Shown: piece by piece, positions 8,182 to 14,887 of the stretch
Layout: each line of letters opens with the position of its first letter
How positions within the stretch are numbered: the stretch's first letter is position 1
Assembly (NCBI GenBank): GCA_026016245.1
Contig: CP061211.1
Span: 630,001-662,000 of the forward strand
Origin: Candidatus Pacearchaeota archaeon
GTDB taxonomy: Archaea > Nanobdellota > Nanobdellia > Pacearchaeales > UBA284
Length of the DNA stretch: 32,000 nucleotides
Direction of reading: 5' to 3'
Program-made: the position numbers and the translations under genes
Notes under the pieces: model-generated
What the model saw: only the letters and a program-made list of their open reading frames with translations
What the model was told of the DNA's origin: nothing
Database searches by the model: none

Positions 8182-8782
8182 CTTATTTATTTTTAAACCT
8201 CCTTTCACTCATTGTTTTTATTAGCCAGCTTTTCAGCTTTTTTCAATCAAGCAACTATATTAAGAACGTAAATAGTAGTTTTAGCAATATTATTCATTCC
8301 TAAGCCTAAAGCTAAGAACTGAACAAAATTCAACCAAAAAACATATTTTACATTCATTTTATTTTACCTGACTGATGCCTTCCACAGTTTAGACTTTGAC
8401 ACTATTGAATTTGTGTATATCTAAACTATGAGTCGCGACCCTTTTATTAGAAAGGATCACTGGCCAGTTTTATAACATATTGCTATGTTACAATAAAAAT
8501 CTCGGGTTTTTTCTTTTTAAAGGTTTCGACAGAACTGATTTTAACACCTTTTCTATGTATTTTTATTTATAAATCTTATGCCCCTATTTAATAATTACCA
8601 CAAATCAGGACATTCAAGGTTCTTTTAGATGTGGGGTATATTTTCAGACATATATGGTTTTTGAAAACATATATAATAGAACAATAATGTTTAAGTATAT
8701 ATTTTGTTTCTCTCTATTAGAATAATTGTCGTCGTGTTTTTTACTCAATAGAAAGAACAAAACAAATAAAAAGGAATGAAAA

Positions 8783-9166
8783 ATGCCTAGAAAGAAAAAA
8801 ATAACAAAAAACGTGGTTATTAAGCTTAGTCTTACTGAATCTAGTGAACCTGGCTTTTTGTTAGGAGTTTTGAGAGCTCCGTGGCCAATAAAATCTGATT
8901 CAGAATTTTCAGTAAGGCAGCTTAGACAGCTTTTGAGTGGGGGAAAAGCTAAGATTTTGCATGTTCTAAAGGTTAAAAAGCCAAAATCCATCTATTCTTT
9001 GGCCAAGGAACTTGAAAGAGATTTTAAGGCTGTAAGGCAGGATTTAAAGCTATTAGAACAGTTTGGATTTGTTCGTTTAATCCCTGAGCAAGATAAAAAG
9101 ACAGGAAAGAACAGGCTTAAGCCTGTTATAGGATTAGACAAACTTCAAGTGAATATAGAAGTTTAG
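8783..9166 (+). CDS. Winged-helix (ArsR/MarR-like) DNA-binding protein
   Basis: SIYSLAKELERDFKAVRQDLKLLEQFGFVRL matches a helix-turn-helix plus wing pattern. Confidence 0.55.
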   Translation: MPRKKKITKNVVIKLSLTESSEPGFLLGVLRAPWPIKSDSEFSVRQLRQLLSGGKAKILHVLKVKKPKSIYSLAKELERDFKAVRQDLKLLEQFGFVRLIPEQDKKTGKNRLKPVIGLDKLQVNIEV

Positions 9167-9184
9167 AAGTCTAGATTTATAGTT

Positions 9185-9685
9185 TTAATTGGACTTGTAA
9201 TAATAGAATCTTAGCTTGACTATTATATCTTCTCCTGTTAGTGTAGGAAGAGGAACACTTGAACCAAAATAATTACCTTCTAGCTGGCCATTTTCTCTAT
9301 AAAATATTTCTTTAGTATTACTTATATTCATAATATAGCCATGAATATAGGCATCAGCTATACTTTCCTCAAGAAATCCTTCTAACATAGTATCAAGTTC
9401 AGTTTCTAAAAAATCGCAAGTGTTTATATTATTATCACAAAATCTGTTATTATTGCACTCTCTAGGTAGTTCTCTGATATTCTGAGGAGAGCCAGCTATC
9501 TTACATTCAGTTGTATAGCTTAGCATTGCTTGAAGAAGATCATCTAATTCAGCTTGTTTTGGCTCTATGATTTCAGATTTTGGGCGTAAGGCAAGGGCAA
9601 AGAAAACAAGACCTATGACCATGACTATAAGAACTATAATTACAAAGCCAAAAACTTCTTCTTGTGCTTTTTTATTGTTTTCCAT
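9185..9685 (-). CDS. Type IV pilin-like protein (class III signal peptide), Cys-rich extracellular domain (pilin-like D)
   Basis: MENNKKA-QEEVFGFVIIVLIVMVIGLVFFALAL: short basic leader, KKAQ cleavage-type motif and a hydrophobic helix. Five Cys in the mature part. Confidence 0.65.
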   Translation of the reverse strand: MENNKKAQEEVFGFVIIVLIVMVIGLVFFALALRPKSEIIEPKQAELDDLLQAMLSYTTECKIAGSPQNIRELPRECNNNRFCDNNINTCDFLETELDTMLEGFLEESIADAYIHGYIMNISNTKEIFYRENGQLEGNYFGSSVPLPTLTGEDIIVKLRFYYYKSN

Positions 9686-9722
9686 TTTTTCTTTTATTTA
9701 TTTCAGCTCCTTCTCTTTTTTA
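9685..9722. repeat. 38-bp perfect direct repeat, copy 1 (flanks HEPN/MNT pair 2)
   Basis: TTTTTTCTTTTATTTATTTCAGCTCCTTCTCTTTTTTA, identical to 10730-10767. Its first nt is the A of the pilin-like D ATG. Its last 3 nt form the HEPN stop codon. Confidence 0.9.
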
Positions 9723-10142
9723 CAACTTATCTAACAATTTTTTCATTCTAGCTAAAAAATCCTTAGCTATTTCTAAGCTGTGTTTAGCTTCTTCTTTGCT
9801 ATAAACATAGTGATAATCAGCATTTTCCCTTGAAGACAGGACAGCTTCAAAATCATTCACATATTTAAATTCAAGCTTGCCTTTTTTATTTAAGTCTTCT
9901 AAAACAACAACTATAGCAAAATGTCTTTTCTCTCTAAAGCCCAAGTTGAAAAGAACTGCCCTTGCAGAATGAAACATACTATAATATGCTTGGATAATGG
10001 CCCATTTCCAATCTTCTTCTTTAAATACTTTTTTTGACCTATTAAGATCATAAGCAGCTTCAGTAAATTCTTTTTCTACTAAGTCAGCTGAGGGTTTAAT
10101 TTCTATTAAAAATCTTTGTTTTAAACAGTCTTTAATATCCAT
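9720..10142 (-). CDS. HEPN-domain protein (canonical R-x5-H motif), toxin-type partner of MNT
   Basis: SSRENADYHYVY contains R-E-N-A-D-Y-H. 140-aa helical protein located 1 nt downstream of the MNT gene. Confidence 0.8.
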   Translation of the reverse strand: MDIKDCLKQRFLIEIKPSADLVEKEFTEAAYDLNRSKKVFKEEDWKWAIIQAYYSMFHSARAVLFNLGFREKRHFAIVVVLEDLNKKGKLEFKYVNDFEAVLSSRENADYHYVYSKEEAKHSLEIAKDFLARMKKLLDKL

Positions 10143-10143
10143 T

Positions 10144-10692
10144 TTACAGCTTTATCTTATCTTTTTCAACTCTTTCATAAAAAGCACTATCTTTTCTTGC
10201 AATCTGCGACCATTCCTGTTGAGAAAATATTTGTATTTTTATAGGCCTGTTAATACTGCTAGCTATTTTATTTATATCTCGAATAATTTGTTCTCTCTTT
10301 ATTTTTCCTATTATCAAAATATCAAGATCACTATCTTCAACATCCTCACCTCTTGCAGCACTTCCATACAAATAAGCTTTAACATTAAATTTTGTAGAAA
10401 GATCTCTGATTTTTGCTAGACTCAACAAATTATTAATTATTTTTAGTTGTTTTATAATTGGATTTTCTTTATTTAAGCTATATAACTTGGTTACGCCAAC
10501 TTTCTCAACTCTGACAAAATCTTTTTTTTCTAGTTCTTTTAACCATTTTGTTGCACTAGCTTTAGCTAATTTTACTTTTTGTTTTAGTTTTTTTTGATTA
10601 AGTTGAATGCTTGGTCTTTCAAGAAAGAAAGATAAGAGTTTTAAAAGTGCCTTGCCTTTAAAAAGTTCATTTAAGTAGGCTATTTGGTTCAT
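10144..10692 (-). CDS. wHTH-fused minimal nucleotidyltransferase (MNT)
   Basis: N-terminal wHTH-like region (KLAKASATKWLKELEKKDFVRVEKVG). Signature GSAARGEDVEDSDLDILII. Confidence 0.8.
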   Translation of the reverse strand: MNQIAYLNELFKGKALLKLLSFFLERPSIQLNQKKLKQKVKLAKASATKWLKELEKKDFVRVEKVGVTKLYSLNKENPIIKQLKIINNLLSLAKIRDLSTKFNVKAYLYGSAARGEDVEDSDLDILIIGKIKREQIIRDINKIASSINRPIKIQIFSQQEWSQIARKDSAFYERVEKDKIKL

Positions 10693-10729
10693 TTTAATAT
10701 TCTAATAAGTTCACCTTTTTAAACCTTTC

Positions 10730-10767
10730 TTTTTTCTTTTATTTATTTCAGCTCCTTCTCTTTTTTA
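10730..10767. repeat. 38-bp perfect direct repeat, copy 2
   Basis: Identical to 9685-9722. Contiguous with the 34-bp block at 10768-10801. Confidence 0.9.
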
Positions 10768-10820
10768 TTAATCAGAAACCAAGGTTTCTGATACTTTCCT
10801 TCCTTAACTTGTTTATTCAT
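10743..10820 (-). pseudogene. 25-codon ORF duplicating the N-terminal leader of pilin-like C (a truncated leader, or a uORF)
   Basis: Not in the ORF track. Translates to MNKQVKEGKYQKPWFLINKKEKELK*, compared with MENKIKKGKYRKPWFLINKKGQ... for pilin-like C. It starts 2 nt after the GNAT stop. Confidence 0.4.
10768..10801. repeat. 34-bp conserved block with 10-bp inverted arms (hairpin), copy 1
   Basis: TTAATCAGAAACCAAGGTTTCTGATACTTTCCTT. It contains ATCAGAAACC-AA-GGTTTCTGAT at 10771-10792. It matches 11735-11768 at 33 of 34 positions. Confidence 0.85.
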
Positions 10821-10822
10821 TT

Positions 10823-11242
10823 TCATAAATTTTTTGTTAACCAATACCAATCAAAATGGAATAAATCATTTTTCAATTCACCTTCTTTTTTATATCCATT
10901 CTTCTTATAAAATTTCAAAGCTTCTTTGTGCTTCTCTGAAGTAAACAGTTTAATTTTAAAACAATCTTTATTTTTCGCAATCTGTTCACATTTTTTTAAT
11001 AATTCTTGCCCTACCCCCTTATCTCTATATTCTTTCACTACTAACAATTCCTTCAATTCTGCAACCCTACCAATAATTCTGAGTCTGAAAAAACCAATTG
11101 CTCTCTTTTTTTGATAAGCAAGATAAAAAAATTCTTTTTGATTCCATGAAAACCCTCTTTCGATATTAAACTTTTTCCATGTTTTTTTTCCAAAGCTGCG
11201 CACTTTCTTCTTTGATACTTTTTTTATTCTTATTTTTTCCAT
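10823..11242 (-). CDS. GNAT-family N-acetyltransferase
   Basis: Acetyl-CoA motif A: LLVVKEYRDKGVGQELLKKCEQIAK. The C-terminal FYKKNGYK is typical of GNATs. Confidence 0.8.
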   Translation of the reverse strand: MEKIRIKKVSKKKVRSFGKKTWKKFNIERGFSWNQKEFFYLAYQKKRAIGFFRLRIIGRVAELKELLVVKEYRDKGVGQELLKKCEQIAKNKDCFKIKLFTSEKHKEALKFYKKNGYKKEGELKNDLFHFDWYWLTKNL

Positions 11243-11247
11243 TTTAT

Positions 11248-11787
11248 TTATGGCATGATTGTTGTGATTTTTATTTTAGCTACAACACATTTTGACTCTC
11301 TTGCATCAGTTTCCTCGCACAAAGGAATATAAGTTGAGTAAGTTATTGTAGATTCTTGGGTTAACTTGCTATAAACTGTGTATTTTTGCCCTCCACCATA
11401 GATTTCTTCTACAATAACTTTAGATATTGAAGCTTCCTGCCATATATTCTTATAATTATCTCTCAGATATGAATTTTCATCAAATGCCTTAAGCTTGTCT
11501 TTGTCAATGCAAGCTGTTTCAGTTGCTGTTCCAAATGAACTTGAGCATCTTAATTCTGGAAGCGAGGCAACTACTCTTAACATAGTAACTGTTCTTAACT
11601 CACGGATTTCACTTGCCATTTTCTGTAATTGTGCGGTTTGGAAGCGAGCAAAAAATAGGAAAAGAAGAGCAAATAAGAAAACTACTGCAACAAGAACAAA
11701 TGCCATTTCCTGAATTTTTATTTGTCCTTTCTTGTTAATCAGAAACCAAGGTTTCCGATACTTTCCTTTTTTTATTTTGTTTTCCAT
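11248..11787 (-). CDS. Type IV pilin-like protein with an unusually long leader (pilin-like C)
   Basis: The ATG at 11787 gives MENKIKKGKYRKPWFLINKKG-QIKIQEMAFVLVAVVFLFALLFLFF. The track start at 11808 would overlap the upstream gene. Four Cys in the mature part. Confidence 0.65.
   Translation of the reverse strand: MENKIKKGKYRKPWFLINKKGQIKIQEMAFVLVAVVFLFALLFLFFARFQTAQLQKMASEIRELRTVTMLRVVASLPELRCSSSFGTATETACIDKDKLKAFDENSYLRDNYKNIWQEASISKVIVEEIYGGGQKYTVYSKLTQESTITYSTYIPLCEETDARESKCVVAKIKITTIMP
11735..11768. repeat. 34-bp conserved block with hairpin, copy 2 (inside the pilin-like C leader codons)
   Basis: Single difference from copy 1 (C at 11756 versus T at 10789). On the mRNA strand this changes an A-U pair to G-U, so the stem is retained. 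Confidence 0.85.
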
Positions 11788-11788
11788 T

Positions 11789-12703
11789 TTAAAATAATGT
11801 GCAGTCACCCATATTATTTACATTTTTCAGTATCTGGGCAGTATTTTCCAGGGCAATTACATTATCCTTTATTGTAGGGCTATTGTAAAGTTTTTCTGAA
11901 GCATCTTTTATTGGTCTGAGATTATAGGAAACATCACAGCCTCTTTGTGATAATGCCAGGGATTTTTTTTCATAAACCAAAGCTTCAGAGTATATTCTAG
12001 AAGCAAGTCTTTGAAGATTACATCTATAAAGTGCAGGGTCTGAAAAAATAGCAGCATACATTAAAGCGTCTCCACTATAATAGACCTTTCCTTTCCCCTT
12101 CTTTTCAACACTATCACCATAAACTCTTATATCACAACTGCCTGTAAAACAAACTTTAATGCTATCTTTACTGCAATTTTGTGTTTTTATACTACTAATT
12201 TCTAATCTTTCAATTTCATTCTCAATTCTTGATGGGGCATTTTGAAAACAGTATTCTTGATTAGAGGGCCATAAGATAATGAGGTCAGCAACTCTCCAAG
12301 GCATTTCAAAAGGCTTGCTTAATGCCTCAAAATTCTTGCCTTTTATTGGTTGAGGAGTGAAGATGTATTTGTCATAGGCTATTTTTGGAACTCCTGCCTC
12401 TCCTTTTGATAAAAGTGTTATAGTATTTTTTCCTATCTCCCCTATTCTATTTCCTTTATCACAATTCATCAAGATTTCAGATTCTTCTGGGAGTGAGAGA
12501 GGATTATAAGTTGTTGCTCCTAAAGATCCTAAATAAGCAAAGGGATTTAGCAGGATGTCAAGACTTTGCGTTTCTATTGTTGTTTGTTCATATTGCTGTC
12601 TCAATAATGTGGTTCCAACAAAATAAAAAGCTAGAAAAAGGATCATGGCACCAACAACAACAGCAAAAATCCATGCAAACTGAAACTGTGCTTTTTTTCT
12701 CAT
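11789..12703 (-). CDS. Type IV pilin-like protein, large Cys-rich extracellular domain (pilin-like B)
   Basis: MRKKA-QFQFAWIFAVVVGAMILFLAFYFV, a class III-type signal. About ten Cys in the mature part. Confidence 0.6.
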   Translation of the reverse strand: MRKKAQFQFAWIFAVVVGAMILFLAFYFVGTTLLRQQYEQTTIETQSLDILLNPFAYLGSLGATTYNPLSLPEESEILMNCDKGNRIGEIGKNTITLLSKGEAGVPKIAYDKYIFTPQPIKGKNFEALSKPFEMPWRVADLIILWPSNQEYCFQNAPSRIENEIERLEISSIKTQNCSKDSIKVCFTGSCDIRVYGDSVEKKGKGKVYYSGDALMYAAIFSDPALYRCNLQRLASRIYSEALVYEKKSLALSQRGCDVSYNLRPIKDASEKLYNSPTIKDNVIALENTAQILKNVNNMGDCTLF

Positions 12704-12717
12704 CTTTAACTTTAATT

Positions 12718-13272
12718 TTAAGCTTGAGATGCCTGAGATATTGTGACATAAGGACTACCACCCTCTTTTGTTATCCTAAAAATAACTTTCCCATCTTCAA
12801 CAGGAAAACATCTTGTCTTATCTATACTTAGACATTCTTGTGTCCCGCATTTAAGATGCCATGCACTATAAGTTCCAAGATTTTCAGCTTTTCCTCCTGG
12901 ATATAAGAATAAGTTATCTTTATCAGTTCTTGCCCATGTTGGAACAATGACAGAACAAAGATCTGCTGGAATAATACCCCCTCTTAGATTACAATTATCT
13001 TGATTAACAAAACATACAGTCTCAATTCTATTGCATATTTTTAAATTATCAGTTGTTTTTGATGCTTCTTCTGCGCTCCATACACTTATTATTTCATTTT
13101 CCAATTCAGCAACATAGGAATTTATTTCTGCTTGGCATGCTCTATCTAAAATCCCTTTAATAGCCCATATTCCAACAAACAAGGCCACTGCAATTAGTAT
13201 GAGAGAAAAAATAAAGATGAAAGGCATGCCCATTACTTGGCCTTTTTTGTGTTTTTTACCTCTTTTTTTCAT
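12718..13272 (-). CDS. Type IV pilin-like protein, Cys-rich (pilin-like A), first gene of the operon
   Basis: MKKRGKKHKKG-QVMGMPFIFIFSLILIAVALFVGIWAI. Nine Cys in the mature part. Confidence 0.65.
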   Translation of the reverse strand: MKKRGKKHKKGQVMGMPFIFIFSLILIAVALFVGIWAIKGILDRACQAEINSYVAELENEIISVWSAEEASKTTDNLKICNRIETVCFVNQDNCNLRGGIIPADLCSVIVPTWARTDKDNLFLYPGGKAENLGTYSAWHLKCGTQECLSIDKTRCFPVEDGKVIFRITKEGGSPYVTISQASQA

Positions 13273-13294
13273 GAATTTTGATTGTTTTTAGTTC

Positions 13295-13333
13295 TTATAA
13301 AACTTTTTAAACTTTTCTTAGAAAGTTTTATAA
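13295..13333. promoter_or_regulatory. Divergent promoter pair: two BRE/TATA elements arranged as a 12-bp inverted repeat
   Basis: TTATAAAACTTT (13295-13306) and AAAGTTTTATAA (13322-13333) are exact reverse complements. The left one lies about 23 nt from the pilin-like A ATG (leaderless). The right one lies about 70 nt from the psmA ATG. Confidence 0.5.
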
Positions 13334-13406
13334 ATCCCTTATTTTTAAATTAGATAACGAGAAAGAAAAAACCTTGAACATTATTGGTTTTTAAAAAGGG
13401 TTTAAA

Positions 13407-14129
13407 ATGGAAATGGAAATGCAGCATAGGGTTATGGGATATGACAGAGCAGCAACTATGTTCAGCCCTGATGGCAGGATTTTACAAGTAGAATATGCTG
13501 AGAAAACTGTCAGGCTTGGTTCAGCTAGTGTTGGTCTGGTTTGTAGTGATGGTATTATGATAATTTCTGACAAACGTTTAGGAGATCCACTAGTACTGCC
13601 AGAAGCAATCCTGAAAATTTGGGAAATAGATGAGCATATTATTGCAACTGCTGCTGGTGTCTTGAGTGATGCTAGAGTTTTGCTTGAACATTCACAAGTC
13701 ATAGCTCAACAGCATAGAGTGACTTATGATCAACCTATTGATACTGAATCTGTTATCAAGGATGTGGCTAACATTCAACAGTCAGCAACACAATATGCAG
13801 GAGCTCGCCCATTTGGAATAGCAGTAATGATAGCTGGAATTAACAGGGATAATGCTAAGAAACTTTATGTGAGTGATGTTACAGGAAATTATCTTGGATT
13901 CAAGGCCAGTGTCATTGGCGAGAATGATGATAGAATTAAAGAATTATTGCAGAAAGGCTATAAAGAAAGTCTTAGTGTTGATCAAGGCATCAAATTTACA
14001 TTAAATATTTTTAAAAAAGTATTAGGAAAGGGATTTAATATAGAAAGATTTGAGACTGTTTTTGTTAAAACTGATGATAAGAAAGCAAAAAGGCTTCATG
14101 GAGCAGCCCTATCCAAGTATGTAAGATAA
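13407..14129 (+). CDS. psmA: Proteasome subunit alpha
   Basis: GYDRAATMFSPDGRILQVEYA N-terminal signature. 240 aa. Confidence 0.95.
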   Translation: MEMEMQHRVMGYDRAATMFSPDGRILQVEYAEKTVRLGSASVGLVCSDGIMIISDKRLGDPLVLPEAILKIWEIDEHIIATAAGVLSDARVLLEHSQVIAQQHRVTYDQPIDTESVIKDVANIQQSATQYAGARPFGIAVMIAGINRDNAKKLYVSDVTGNYLGFKASVIGENDDRIKELLQKGYKESLSVDQGIKFTLNIFKKVLGKGFNIERFETVFVKTDDKKAKRLHGAALSKYVR

Positions 14130-14189
14130 TTATATTAATAAAATAAGGAGATTAAATTACTAAAATATAGATGATTATTATTTTCTAAG

Positions 14190-14882
14190 ATGGTTGATGT
14201 TGTAGCAAGATTGAAAGTTAAGGGAAAACTTTTTGAGATTATGGTAGATTGTGATAAAGCTATTGAATCGAAAAAGAGCAAGAATGTTACTGTAGCTAAC
14301 ATGAGAGATATTCTTGCCATAGATTTAGTTTTTTCTGATTATAAGAAAGGCCTTAAAGTTTCTTCATCTGATTTGAAAGAGGCTTTTGGTGATGATAATG
14401 TTAATGAAGTTGCAGCGAAAATAGTCAGGGAAGGTGAGATTGTTCTGCCGCAAGAATATAGGGAAAAAGAGAGAGAACAGAAATTTAAACAGATTGTAGA
14501 TTTTCTTGTAAAAAATTCTATTGATCCAAGGACTAATGCTCCATATACAAGCGAGAGGATAAGTTCTGTGCTTAAGGAAGCTGGTGCTAGAGTTGATGAA
14601 ACAAGAAGCGCGGATGAGCAAGCTTTGAATATTATAAAACAGATTGAGAAAAAAATACCAATAAGAATAGCAACAATAAAACTGAAAATAGTGATTCCTG
14701 CTGCTCATACTGGAAAAGCTTATGGCATGTTACAGAAATTCAATAAGACAAAAGAAGAATGGTTAAGCGATGGCAGTCTTTCTTGTATTATTGACTTGCC
14801 AGCAGGAATGCAGATGGAATTTTATGATAAATTAAATGCCATAACTCATGGTTCAGCAACAACAGAGGAGATTAAGGAGTAG
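14190..14882 (+). CDS. SBDS-family ribosome maturation protein
   Basis: ARLKVKGKLFEIMVDCDKAIE N-terminal FYSH-domain pattern. Conserved position between psmA and rrp4. Confidence 0.88.
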   Translation: MVDVVARLKVKGKLFEIMVDCDKAIESKKSKNVTVANMRDILAIDLVFSDYKKGLKVSSSDLKEAFGDDNVNEVAAKIVREGEIVLPQEYREKEREQKFKQIVDFLVKNSIDPRTNAPYTSERISSVLKEAGARVDETRSADEQALNIIKQIEKKIPIRIATIKLKIVIPAAHTGKAYGMLQKFNKTKEEWLSDGSLSCIIDLPAGMQMEFYDKLNAITHGSATTEEIKE

Positions 14883-14887
14883 GAAAA

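Noticed and set aside
8360-8440. C/D-box sRNA in the long intergenic region (CTGATGC and CTGA elements)
   Set aside because: There is no proper RUGAUGA C box, and there are no paired C'/D' boxes or terminal stem at the right spacing.
9685-11768. Calling the repeat-delimited GNAT and TA genes a true integron cassette array
   Set aside because: There is no integrase or attI in the window. The repeats are perfect direct copies rather than attC-like imperfect palindromes of variable sequence. The idea is kept only as an analogy inside the finding.
11788-11808. Longer start (MTAHYFK...) for pilin-like C. Similar cases: 21433 for DUF523, GTG at 8208 for the S-layer gene, GTG at 22815 for the transposase, TTG at 3964
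   Set aside because: These extensions overlap the upstream gene or use non-ATG codons. An in-frame ATG with better context (signal-peptide logic, RBS, ATGA coupling) lies just downstream.
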